A stretch of 64,000 nt of DNA, taken from positions 55,749 to 119,748 of the IMG/VR virus record IMGVR_UViG_3300042371_001161; one strand, 5' to 3'. The position numbers and the translations under genes are program-made. The DNA comes from a virus. A model generated the notes under the pieces. The model saw nothing but the letters and a program-made list of their open reading frames with translations, was not told the DNA's origin and ran no database searches. Shown here one piece after another: positions 1-9,753 of this stretch (its first letter is position 1; the number at the start of each line of letters is the position of its first letter).

Positions 1-2
1 CT

Positions 3-72
3 CCGGGAATGCCAGGAATGCCGCCGGGAATGCCGGGAATGCCTCCAGGTGTGCCAGGAATGCCCCCAGGAC
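3..72 (+). repeat. Coding tandem repeat CCx-GGA-ATG (Pro-Gly-Met)
   Basis: ccgggaatg/ccaggaatg units repeated about 6 times, encoding PGMPGMPPGMPGMPPGVPGMPPG. Confidence 0.8.
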
Positions 73-833
73 CAGTTCCGCCGGGCGGCGAACCTGTACC
101 GCTGGACGTCAATACGATGGCTGGGGCACTTGCGGAGTCCGCAGCCAGTGGCCAGCTTGCGCAAACAACAACCCCACCAGAGGCCTTTGGAGGCGGCGTA
201 CAGGCTCCAATGCCCCCAGGACCTATGTCCGTGGCATCGTCGCCGGATAACGAGATACAGGTAAAGTCCACGGAAGAAAAACAAGAGACCAAAGACGCAA
301 TTGACCGCAATGAACAGGCGATAGAGCGATGGACGAACATTCTAGCTCGTGGCATGGAGAGAGTTATTGAGCGCCAGCAACGAGTAGTTCTTGAAAAGGC
401 AAGCGGGACAAAATCAAGGAAAGCCCTAATGCACGGCACGCTTGATATTGAATCCGTATTGTCAATAGATACGTGGAACAAGCAGTTCGATGAGGATATT
501 CGTCCTGTTGTGTCATCAATTATTAATGATTCTTTTGAATCGAGAGTTAATGACGCATCCACAAACGGTCTCAAAATCAAAGCCTTGCCAGCAAAAGATG
601 TTCGAGCAATGGTTGATGCACATACATTGAGAATTAAGAAAATTAACGAGTCTCATTTCAATGAAATTAACTCTTTAATGCTCAAATCTTTCGTGTATGC
701 GGATGAAGAAAAACGGTTTAGTTTCTTTCGCGATGGTCTCGTAGAAATGTTCACGGATTTTTTTGCGCACCAACAAGAATTACTGGCAGAGCGCGAGACA
801 AGGTCGGCATGGAGTTTCGGCCAGACAGTTTAA
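9..833 (+). CDS. 3' part of a probable portal or portal-MuF-like head morphogenesis protein (truncated by window start)
   Basis: Frame is open upstream of nt 9; PGM-repeat linker followed by a helical domain (ERQQRVVLEK...WNKQFDEDI); sits directly upstream of the prohead protease, the usual portal position. Assignment rests mostly on synteny. Confidence 0.4.
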   Translation: MPGMPPGMPGMPPGVPGMPPGPVPPGGEPVPLDVNTMAGALAESAASGQLAQTTTPPEAFGGGVQAPMPPGPMSVASSPDNEIQVKSTEEKQETKDAIDRNEQAIERWTNILARGMERVIERQQRVVLEKASGTKSRKALMHGTLDIESVLSIDTWNKQFDEDIRPVVSSIINDSFESRVNDASTNGLKIKALPAKDVRAMVDAHTLRIKKINESHFNEINSLMLKSFVYADEEKRFSFFRDGLVEMFTDFFAHQQELLAERETRSAWSFGQTV

Positions 834-892
834 AGAAATTACTATTTCAGTAAAATAAATAATATTTTCTTTAAACAAATAACTTTGGTGAT

Positions 893-930
893 AGTTGCAC
901 CGGACAGACTTCTAAATCGCTTATTATTTT
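893..930 (+). promoter_or_regulatory. Candidate late-gene regulatory motif, copy 1
   Basis: AGTTGCACCGGACAG..TAAATC..TTATTATTTT in an AT-rich gap before the protease gene; similar sequence at 24613-24648 before the MCP gene. Confidence 0.35.
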
Positions 931-959
931 CAATAGACACGACGTGAAGGGTCTATCGA

Positions 960-3900
960 ATGCCATCAGAATTGTTTGAATATAAGTCGTCTACGCTCGG
1001 GCACTCCGACTCCATCAATTTGGATGAAGCGCAGGGAATTGTCGAATGCTTCGTGGCTGGCATCGGCAACAAGGACTCTGTGGGCGACATCGTTGCCACT
1101 GGAGCATTCACGAAGAGCCTCCAACGCCGTAAGCCGCGCGTTGTCTGGGGACACAGTTGGAATGACCCCATTGGCAAGGTTCTAGAGATTTACGAAGTTC
1201 CGAACACGGATAATCGCCTTCCTATGAAAATGAAGATGGCCGGAATTGGTGGCCTGTTCGCTCGAGTTCAGTTCAATCTCAATTCAGAAAAAGGTCGCGA
1301 AGCATTCGCCATGGTCGCCTTCTTTGGCGAAGAGCAGGAGTGGTCGATTGGTTACAAGACACTTCGAGCTCAGTTTGACCAGAAATCCCAAGCAAATATC
1401 ATTTATGAACTTGAGTTATATGAGGTATCTCCGGTTCTGCATGGCGCAAACCAGCTAACTGGGACTATTTCCGTTAAGTCCGAAGAGTTGTCCGGTGGAA
1501 TCTTGATGTCCATGATGAACGAAGAAAACCCAATTGACAAGGCAGAGATAGAAAAGCAGCTTGCTGCAATTTTGGGCGCAAAAGTATCTTTAATGGAAGT
1601 TAACGACGAAGAGATTACGTTTGCGCGAAGAATGGACAACGGAGAAGTTGGCCGCTACAAGTGTGGATTCAGCAATAATCGCGGACATTATATGTTCGGT
1701 GCGCCGCGCCCCATTGTTGTAATGCCCGTGCGTAAGCCCATTGCTCCTGTAAGCGCAATGCCAATGGCGATGCCAGGTATGCCCCCAAATGAGCCACAAA
1801 GAATTGTTCGGCCTTCTCAAATGCCATCAATCCCAGTTGCTATTAAGCCAGGCGAAAACGGCAACCAGATAGTTCCTTTGCCACCAGTGCAATACGAAAA
1901 CGATAATGGAAGTCGATTTGACCCAAGTAATCTTGACCAAGAAGAAGCTGACTTAAGAGATGCTCTTTTAAAAATCGTAAAGCGTCACGGAAAGTTTAAC
2001 GAAGATTCCGAGGGAGTATGGGCAGCGTATACCCCTGCTGCACAAAATGAAGTTGCCGGAATCGGCGTCAAGTGCTCCAACTGCGTCTTTTATCAGGGTG
2101 GAAGCGCCTGCAAGATAATCGACATGGAAGTAGAACCTGAAGGTAAGTGTCGTTTTGCCGTCATCCCAAAGGGCGTTGTCAAGGGAGCCGGCTCAAAAGC
2201 ATATGAACTCGACGAGGAATTCGCCGAAGAAGATTACGTCGCTGACCTCGAGGTGAAATACCCCGGGGAATTAGCAGTTGCAGGACTTCGTGGAGTGGTC
2301 GGCAAGCGGAGAAAGAAGCGTCGGAGCTTTAAGTTCTTGAGTGAATTTGGTTCCAAGAGTGAAGATTTTGAAGACAAGCCATACTTACTTCCAGTTGTAC
2401 CTCAGTTCGCGTTCCAAGTAAAACAAGTTCTTGACCCAATCTTTGATTACCATGGTGTTGATTCTTACGTCGACACAAGCGGTATCTTCATGACTTCTGG
2501 CGTTACTTACGAATTGATTGAGGCAGTCGACAACGCTGTCGCAAATTTAAAAAAAAAATCCTTAAGTGAAAACAACCTAGAGTGGAAAGCAGCCGGGTAT
2601 CGCCTCGGCAGAGCTATCAGCAGTCGATTAATTGACCGCCCAAACATCGGCGGAGGTCGTTCTCGCGGTCGTTTCTTCACATCTGTGGGTGCGGAAGACT
2701 TTGACCCATTCACTGCACGCGACTCCAACCTTAACGGCATCGTAGGAGAGGGACTGTTCCTGCGTGGAGTTCCGCTTGCCGTAAATGACCCAACACCAGA
2801 TGGTCCTGGCTCTATTCGTAACCCCAAGCCATCCCCCAGGCAGGTTGCGAAGCCGAATGCTGCAGCAATTTCTCGAGCGGAAATTCAAGTAGAGAAAATA
2901 ACAAAACCTAAAGAGCGCCAGAAACTTTCCTCTGGAAGCGAGCTTGTAAATCTTCCGCGAATAGACGACCCGGATGTTGATTCGGCAGAAAAATATGGCG
3001 CAGCAGAGTCGCAGCGTGACGAGCTTCAAGGCGTTTTGGATGGAGCATCAGATTCTGACCAAATAAAGAAGTTAAAGAAGGCCATTGCGGAAATCGACAA
3101 ATACATGGAACGTGTCGAGAAGATGGCCGAAGGCGAAATGGCTGATACTGAAAAGCCAAAGAAAAAGCCCGTAAAGAAGCAGGTAGAAAAGACCAGTCAG
3201 GGTCTTTCAAGCGGCTACGGCAAGTATCTAAATAAGCCCGAGGCGAAGCGGACGCAAGACGAGCGCCGCAAATATGACGGCCCCCTGTCCTCGCTTTCAT
3301 CAGGAAAGTTGGCAGACAAGGCAGAGCTTCCCGAAGGCTCCAGCCAGCTTGAAGAGTTATACAAGGAAATGGCAAAAGATATTGTCGCTATTTTGCAGGA
3401 ACTCGCCAACAATCCAGACGCATCAAAAAGATGGGAATTGCCATGGCGTAATGCCGAGAATTATGCGCGGAATCCAACTAGTGACCGCATCTACCAAGGC
3501 ATGAATCAGATGATTTTGTCCCTTACGGGCTCAGCTCGCGGCTACAAAATGAATCGATGGGCCGGAGAGGGACAGTGGAAAAAGTTAGGCGGCAAAGTAA
3601 AACCGGGAGGCAGAAACAGGGGAGTGCAGGTTCTCGTTCCTCGTGAAGGACGAAGCTTTACTGATTCAACTGGCAAGCAAGTTGAAATGGGTCGCTACTA
3701 TTCTGTTCAAACGGTATACAACGTCGATGAAATTGCAGGACTCCCAGAAAGTTTCTACGAGCTTGGTGATGTAGAAATAAACCAAGAGCAACGGTTGCAG
3801 GATATAGAAAATGTCATTAAGGAAATAGGTCCTTCTTTTGTCGAATCTCTAGGCTCGCAGGCTTTTTATCGCCCCGCCACCGACAAAATTCATATGCCTG

Positions 3901-6900
3901 CATTTGAACAGTTCAAGGATGCTTTGGCTTTTTATGGAACTGCAATGCATGAGACAATCCACTGGACATCGCATCCGAGTCGACTCGACAGAAAATTGGG
4001 GAAAACGTTTGGAGACGAAGATTACGCCTTTGAAGAACTTATTGCAGAAATAGGCTCCGCGTTTGCAATGGGCGCAATGGGCCTTGAACCAACGATACAA
4101 GAAAACCATTTGCTTTACCTAAGTAGCTGGATAAAGAAACTACAAAAAGACCCGCTAGCAATTCACCGGGCCATTCTGCAGGCGCAGAAAGCAAATGACT
4201 ACATAATGGACCGCTCTGCCACAATGCGCAAGCTCGCAGGTATCCCTGACGGCGAACGCAAGGGCAAGGACTCGGGCTGGTTTGAAATACCAATGATTGC
4301 TGGATATCCGGGTGGAGAAAAAATAAAGTCACCAACAACAATCACGGGACCAATGGAAGACCTGCTTGACATGGAGCAGTACGACGAACTTGTTCCGGAT
4401 GCTCGAAATCTAAGTATCGAAGAGCGCGAAATGCGCTCCTTCCAGATTCATCCAAATGCTATACGCAGGAACAAAGACGGCGTAGTAATTACGCCATCTG
4501 GAGCTTTGGCAAGCGGCAAAAAGGCTGGCCCAATCAAGAGCAGGAAGGGCGCTCCCGACGTAGAGCGCACCGATGAAGATATTTCCATGAAGTTTGCGTT
4601 CGGCTTAAGTAATGAGCCAACAAACGAGCAGCGAGACATTATGGATGTTGTTATGCGTCTTGTTCGTGAGAAAAACCCACAAATCATGTCTATTCTTGCT
4701 GGTGCAGGAACAGGAAAAACTACAACCCTGAAGAGTATTGCATGGGCGTTGGCTCGTGAATTCAACCTATGGCCAGAAGGCGACGAGCGTCGCAAAGAAC
4801 AACTCAAGTATTTAGCAGATAGATATAAGATTGATTTTAGCAAGATGTCTTCAGAAGAAATTGCGTTAGCAGTAGCAAAACTTGCAAAAGACAACCCCAT
4901 GGGCAATATGTATTACACGGTTTTTAACACAAAAAACCAGCATGAAGCCGAGAAAGAATTCCCTAAAAATACGGGTATAGCCACGACCGACAAGCTTTTT
5001 CTTTGGTCTCTAATGCTAGGTGGTGGCGACAAAAGATTTGGTCCTGCGTTCCGTAGAAAAATGGCAGTCCAGAAACTTAAAGCAGATAACTCAGCCGCCG
5101 GAAGCGGTAAAGATAATCCAAAATTTATAAGTAAAGAAAAAACTCCAGATGAACCAAGGAGAATTGGTTCCGATTTTGTTCGCGAACATTTTGATGGCAC
5201 GATTGAAACATTTGTAGGAGAGGAGCCTGGTTACAGGACCCTTGGTTGGCAGAGACTTGATGATGCCGTGGACTGGATTAAATTCCTTGGGATAGACAAA
5301 TGGCCCGACCAGCAAACCAGAAGAAGAGACCGAGTACAGAAGGACTCCAAGGGCAGAACAGTCCGTGACGCCAACGGCAAAGAAGTTCGTGAACAATACG
5401 ACGAGTCAATATTTATTCTCCCTGATGGAAGAGGAACAACACAAGTAACCACTGAAGAAATGGCCGATATTCTCAGTAACGCTCTCGGAAGATGGGAAAT
5501 ATCAAAAGAAGAAAAAGCAGCAGCATGGATGTTTACGCCGTCGGCATATCGTGCAGAGGGCCGCACCACCCCTAAAGGCCAGGGAAAAGACATTCATGTC
5601 GTGGACACGGTCCTCACAGAGGACCAAGTACCCAAATTGTGGGTTGAGGCCCTCCAGCAAGCGATAGATGCAATGATGGACGGCAACAGCAACATGATTC
5701 CGCGAAGGGACTCTGTTCAAAAACTATGGCTACTTTCGAATCCGGACTTAAGAACCGACCCTGGCCTCATAACGCATTCTGAAAATCAAACAAGAAACAA
5801 AGTGCCGATACCGAATACATACAAAGTTGGAGACAAGTATGTTGACGAGAACGGTGAAGAATGGATTGTGGCGGGAACCTCGCGAGATGGTTCAAGTAGC
5901 AAAGTAAAAGCAAGACTTGCCAAGCGGGTTGCCACTGTCGAGAATCCACTCAGCGCGTTCATGGTAGACGAGTCTCAAGACTCTAATGAAATTTTGGAAA
6001 CCGTATTAGAAAACAATAGAAAAAATCTTCCAATAATTTTAGTGGGTGATGATAGACAGGCTGTTTATGCTTTCCGCGATGCGAAGAACATACTTGATTC
6101 CCTTGATGCTGAATATTCGCTATCAATAACCGAATCATTTAGGTATGGACCAGTCGTCGCTCACTTAACCAACATGGCACTTGGTCGACAGAACCTCTAC
6201 CTGAGAGGACAGGAAGTTCCGCAGTCAATGGACTGGAAGCATGTGAAGGGTCAGGCACAAGAGGTCATAAACATGTTGTTTGACCCAGTGCTTGCAAAAA
6301 AAGACAGAAAAGGCGCAAATCAAGTTCCAGAAATCAACGACAAAACACGCGCCCTGATTATCGACGATATTGAAAAAAGATTTTCAACACCAGATAAAAA
6401 AATTGAGATATCTGACAAGACCAGAGTTGCTCAGGATGCAATTCTAAAACAACTACGCGACGAGCTCTACGATGAAAGAGAAGGAAAAATAGTCGACTTT
6501 GTTGAACTCGCCAATCAAGGCATCTTCCCAGACGCCATTTTAACAGGGACTAATGCGGAAATTATAGACTGGGCCCTCAAGTTCATTGACCTAGTCATCA
6601 ATAGGCCGAACGCCGAAAAAGACGAAAATGGATTCCCAAAAATACCAGAAGTAGTTATTCCAGCCAAAAAACATGAAGATTTGTTGGCATTTACTATTCA
6701 ACTTGACTACATCATGAAAAGTCCAGAACAGCAAGCGGCATACGAAAAAATATTTGGGGGACGTCCCCCTGAATCCCAGTGGCTTGGGCCAGTCTGGACA
6801 CAGGGAAGACTTCAACAATTACTTAAACAATCCAGGTCCCAACAGCTAACCACCGCATACAGACTCATAACGACAGCCCCACCAGGACAAGCGCCTCTTG

Positions 6901-9623
6901 GAACTCGCGGAATGCTCACCCTTCTTCGGGGTGAAAATATTGTTGAAGAAGTAAACGGCAAACAAAAAATTCGCACCGTTCCTGCGGTGCTATTGCCAGA
7001 AAGAAAAACTCAACAACTAAACAATTTTACTGGCGATGACTCAGACCCATCAAAAGGTGTCAGGGCAGTAGTTATGGGAATATCTCGCGGCACCAAAGCG
7101 GCAGAAGCAGAACAGGCGAGTGATAGTCAGCGTAAAAAAATAATTATAATTCCTCAACCAACTGGAGCCACCGATGGAAGGTCGGCTGTTTATGCACAGC
7201 TCGAAATTAATGGTGGTAGCAGTACGAAACCAGGAAAGCCAACCGGCAAAATAATCATTACTGGAGATGGCGTTGATAGTAATCGGCCAAAAATCAACGA
7301 TGATGGTTCTGAGTCAAGAAACAAGGCACCCAATCAAAGGGTTGGTAACGGTAGATTCAGAAGGAATCTCGAGAAAATAATTCAAAGATATGGACTTCAA
7401 GACAAGGTTAAGCCCAAAGAAGAGGCAGAGGGGGCCATGAAGGGAGGTTCTAAGCGTCGCCTGTATGACGGTTGGGTGATTGAAGGAGAAACTCTACAAG
7501 AAAGTTCGGACATATTGGAACTTCTCGGTCAGGCTCTTCGTGACGAAGCAAAGGAAGTTGGCGGAGATGTTCAAATAACCACGATGGCACTGAGCAAGGG
7601 GCGGGAATTCGACTATCTCGTTATGGCGGACGACATTGACGACCCTGATGACTTATTGCCTCAAAGTACACCGAAGGGTGAGGCTTCCATAGGATGGATG
7701 CAGGCAACGAATCTCATACATGTAGGCCTTTCACGTGCTAAAAAAATGATAGACCCAGGAGCAAAGACCTTTGCCTTTTATTTGCACGACCAGAAAACGA
7801 AGCCAGTTCGCGAAGCGATGGCTCAAGCCGTAAAAGATGGACACATCCCAGAAGGGCTCGACAGAGGAGCATTTGGCGATGAGGGCGGAATACCGCTGCC
7901 GGACTTCTATCAAAAACTAAACGCCATGCGCGTCGAAGATATCAATTTCGACAACCTCCCTGCAAGGGGCGGCGCAAAACCAGACCCATCGACAGGCCTG
8001 TCAAGTGGAGCGGGTAGTGGCCCCAAAAATACACCAACTCGTCGCGACGGCAGACTCAATAGAAGAGGGTCGTCAGGCGGCAGTAGAATTTACGATGGCA
8101 GCGGAAGCGCACAAGAAATTGCTGGCATTCGCTTTAGGGGTGACTTAAAGTCGCCAAAAGAGCAAGCCAAGTTGAATTTCTCAATGAACGTGTGGAAGCG
8201 TTTCCGTGACGTCGGAATAGCAATAGATGTGGACGACGATGCATCAGAAACCGAAGCACGCAAATCTAAAAACGCTGCAACAATAAAGTCAGTTGGTGCA
8301 GAGATGAAGAAGCGCCAAAACCTCGTTCGTGTCGGCAGAGTGGGCGACAATAACGTGAATGACGCTCCCTCGGCGCTGACATGGATGCTGTCCGTGGACA
8401 AACTTGCTGAAACTCTAAGAGTTCCGACCGAATTTGTTTCCGCCAATAGGGACGGGAAGAGTTCGCTACAGTGGACTCAGACCCGCCCGGTTACACGCAA
8501 AGAGCTTGCAACACTTCTTGGCTTGAATGGTCCAGATACGGCAGCCCTGGAAGCGCCGGACGCCGGCATCAACCATGATGCTGTCAGACTGCTTATTGCC
8601 GAACTCGGCAAGCAACCAGAGCTGAGCGCATGGCGATACTTTTCCCCAGTTAGCGCCGAAGAAGTAGCAAAGATTATCCCGCCATCACCCAGTGGTGATG
8701 TTGAAGGATTCTCAAAGATAGACCTTGCTTTGGAAAATGTTGGTCGCGCAAACATGCGTGACAGGTTCATAATCGAGACCTTCGGCAAGGACGCGTTCCC
8801 TCATTGGTTCGACCCGGAAGAGGGCGAGTCCATAACGCCAGACGAATACAGCAAGCTTGGCGAAATTAGCGCAGTGTCTAAATTCCGCGCAACTGGTCGC
8901 TTTGACCCAGAGGACCCGACCAAGGGCGACTCAGAGGCAGAATACGACCTCTACGGAGAGCTTATTGATGGCGTTCTGCCTAGTGCGGAACCAGATGGTG
9001 AGATAATTAGTGGAGACAAAACAAGCAGAGAAGATTTTGAATTAGAGCAGCTTCTGAAATATCTAGGAATCGATAGACAAGAATGGAAGACGACCCTTAA
9101 AGAACGAATGTCTGCTGCTTTCGGAATGGATGCCGTCGGAGCATGGGACGAATGGAAGAAAGACGGAATACCAACGGCCACGGTCGCTCACATGATTAGA
9201 ACTGGGTTAATACCTAACGCCGCTTCAGTCTGGAAAGACGCGTCCACGGGCGAAAGATTTGACAACGAACTGAAGAAATCAAAATACGCCGTGTATGAAG
9301 CATTAAACGAATTTATTGACAAGAGTTTTCCTGATAGCAAGCTCAATAGCCAAGCCAGTCGAAACAAGATAACTGGAAGAACTGACATGGGTGTTGCGTT
9401 AAGAGATGCTGCGACGGCAAAAGGCTCGGCATGGTCTCCGAAAAAAGGAAACGAAGCAAGATTCTCTGACTCAGAATTGCAATCAATAGTTGACAGATTT
9501 AATGAAGTGTTCGGAACCAATCACACCATCGATGACATATTTAGCGCCGAACAACTGAGAACTGCCGCAGAAAGAATTGAGTCTGGTGAAACCTTGTCTG
9601 GCAAAAAGAGAAAAGTAAGTTAG
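960..9623 (+). CDS. HK97-family prohead protease fused to polyvalent cargo (Cys4 domain, ArdC-like ssDNA-binding/zincin module, UvrD-like SF1 helicase, unknown C-terminal domain)
   Basis: Protease motifs GNKDSVGDIV, VWGHSWNDPIG, EWSIGY, LYEVSPVLHGAN; ArdC motifs WELPW, YQGMN, FYRPATDKIHMP, HETIHWT, YAFEELIAEIGSAF; helicase motifs AGAGTGKTT, VDESQD, VGDDRQAVYAFR, ESFRYG, SKGREFD, VGLSRAK. Confidence 0.9.
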   Translation: MPSELFEYKSSTLGHSDSINLDEAQGIVECFVAGIGNKDSVGDIVATGAFTKSLQRRKPRVVWGHSWNDPIGKVLEIYEVPNTDNRLPMKMKMAGIGGLFARVQFNLNSEKGREAFAMVAFFGEEQEWSIGYKTLRAQFDQKSQANIIYELELYEVSPVLHGANQLTGTISVKSEELSGGILMSMMNEENPIDKAEIEKQLAAILGAKVSLMEVNDEEITFARRMDNGEVGRYKCGFSNNRGHYMFGAPRPIVVMPVRKPIAPVSAMPMAMPGMPPNEPQRIVRPSQMPSIPVAIKPGENGNQIVPLPPVQYENDNGSRFDPSNLDQEEADLRDALLKIVKRHGKFNEDSEGVWAAYTPAAQNEVAGIGVKCSNCVFYQGGSACKIIDMEVEPEGKCRFAVIPKGVVKGAGSKAYELDEEFAEEDYVADLEVKYPGELAVAGLRGVVGKRRKKRRSFKFLSEFGSKSEDFEDKPYLLPVVPQFAFQVKQVLDPIFDYHGVDSYVDTSGIFMTSGVTYELIEAVDNAVANLKKKSLSENNLEWKAAGYRLGRAISSRLIDRPNIGGGRSRGRFFTSVGAEDFDPFTARDSNLNGIVGEGLFLRGVPLAVNDPTPDGPGSIRNPKPSPRQVAKPNAAAISRAEIQVEKITKPKERQKLSSGSELVNLPRIDDPDVDSAEKYGAAESQRDELQGVLDGASDSDQIKKLKKAIAEIDKYMERVEKMAEGEMADTEKPKKKPVKKQVEKTSQGLSSGYGKYLNKPEAKRTQDERRKYDGPLSSLSSGKLADKAELPEGSSQLEELYKEMAKDIVAILQELANNPDASKRWELPWRNAENYARNPTSDRIYQGMNQMILSLTGSARGYKMNRWAGEGQWKKLGGKVKPGGRNRGVQVLVPREGRSFTDSTGKQVEMGRYYSVQTVYNVDEIAGLPESFYELGDVEINQEQRLQDIENVIKEIGPSFVESLGSQAFYRPATDKIHMPAFEQFKDALAFYGTAMHETIHWTSHPSRLDRKLGKTFGDEDYAFEELIAEIGSAFAMGAMGLEPTIQENHLLYLSSWIKKLQKDPLAIHRAILQAQKANDYIMDRSATMRKLAGIPDGERKGKDSGWFEIPMIAGYPGGEKIKSPTTITGPMEDLLDMEQYDELVPDARNLSIEEREMRSFQIHPNAIRRNKDGVVITPSGALASGKKAGPIKSRKGAPDVERTDEDISMKFAFGLSNEPTNEQRDIMDVVMRLVREKNPQIMSILAGAGTGKTTTLKSIAWALAREFNLWPEGDERRKEQLKYLADRYKIDFSKMSSEEIALAVAKLAKDNPMGNMYYTVFNTKNQHEAEKEFPKNTGIATTDKLFLWSLMLGGGDKRFGPAFRRKMAVQKLKADNSAAGSGKDNPKFISKEKTPDEPRRIGSDFVREHFDGTIETFVGEEPGYRTLGWQRLDDAVDWIKFLGIDKWPDQQTRRRDRVQKDSKGRTVRDANGKEVREQYDESIFILPDGRGTTQVTTEEMADILSNALGRWEISKEEKAAAWMFTPSAYRAEGRTTPKGQGKDIHVVDTVLTEDQVPKLWVEALQQAIDAMMDGNSNMIPRRDSVQKLWLLSNPDLRTDPGLITHSENQTRNKVPIPNTYKVGDKYVDENGEEWIVAGTSRDGSSSKVKARLAKRVATVENPLSAFMVDESQDSNEILETVLENNRKNLPIILVGDDRQAVYAFRDAKNILDSLDAEYSLSITESFRYGPVVAHLTNMALGRQNLYLRGQEVPQSMDWKHVKGQAQEVINMLFDPVLAKKDRKGANQVPEINDKTRALIIDDIEKRFSTPDKKIEISDKTRVAQDAILKQLRDELYDEREGKIVDFVELANQGIFPDAILTGTNAEIIDWALKFIDLVINRPNAEKDENGFPKIPEVVIPAKKHEDLLAFTIQLDYIMKSPEQQAAYEKIFGGRPPESQWLGPVWTQGRLQQLLKQSRSQQLTTAYRLITTAPPGQAPLGTRGMLTLLRGENIVEEVNGKQKIRTVPAVLLPERKTQQLNNFTGDDSDPSKGVRAVVMGISRGTKAAEAEQASDSQRKKIIIIPQPTGATDGRSAVYAQLEINGGSSTKPGKPTGKIIITGDGVDSNRPKINDDGSESRNKAPNQRVGNGRFRRNLEKIIQRYGLQDKVKPKEEAEGAMKGGSKRRLYDGWVIEGETLQESSDILELLGQALRDEAKEVGGDVQITTMALSKGREFDYLVMADDIDDPDDLLPQSTPKGEASIGWMQATNLIHVGLSRAKKMIDPGAKTFAFYLHDQKTKPVREAMAQAVKDGHIPEGLDRGAFGDEGGIPLPDFYQKLNAMRVEDINFDNLPARGGAKPDPSTGLSSGAGSGPKNTPTRRDGRLNRRGSSGGSRIYDGSGSAQEIAGIRFRGDLKSPKEQAKLNFSMNVWKRFRDVGIAIDVDDDASETEARKSKNAATIKSVGAEMKKRQNLVRVGRVGDNNVNDAPSALTWMLSVDKLAETLRVPTEFVSANRDGKSSLQWTQTRPVTRKELATLLGLNGPDTAALEAPDAGINHDAVRLLIAELGKQPELSAWRYFSPVSAEEVAKIIPPSPSGDVEGFSKIDLALENVGRANMRDRFIIETFGKDAFPHWFDPEEGESITPDEYSKLGEISAVSKFRATGRFDPEDPTKGDSEAEYDLYGELIDGVLPSAEPDGEIISGDKTSREDFELEQLLKYLGIDRQEWKTTLKERMSAAFGMDAVGAWDEWKKDGIPTATVAHMIRTGLIPNAASVWKDASTGERFDNELKKSKYAVYEALNEFIDKSFPDSKLNSQASRNKITGRTDMGVALRDAATAKGSAWSPKKGNEARFSDSELQSIVDRFNEVFGTNHTIDDIFSAEQLRTAAERIESGETLSGKKRKVS

Positions 9624-9753
9624 AGATGCTAAAAAATCAAAGAGAAGTATTGGGTGTTCCTAATTCACTCACGTATAGCGTGATAGGTTATAATTTAAAT
9701 ACATTATTGGTTAATGGTCTATCCGGTCATTTCCCTGCACTAACGGGAGCTGT

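Noticed and set aside
4518-7997. Inteins as the source of the helicase insertions
   Set aside because: No C/S start with HN-C/S/T end or LAGLIDADG motifs at the insert borders.
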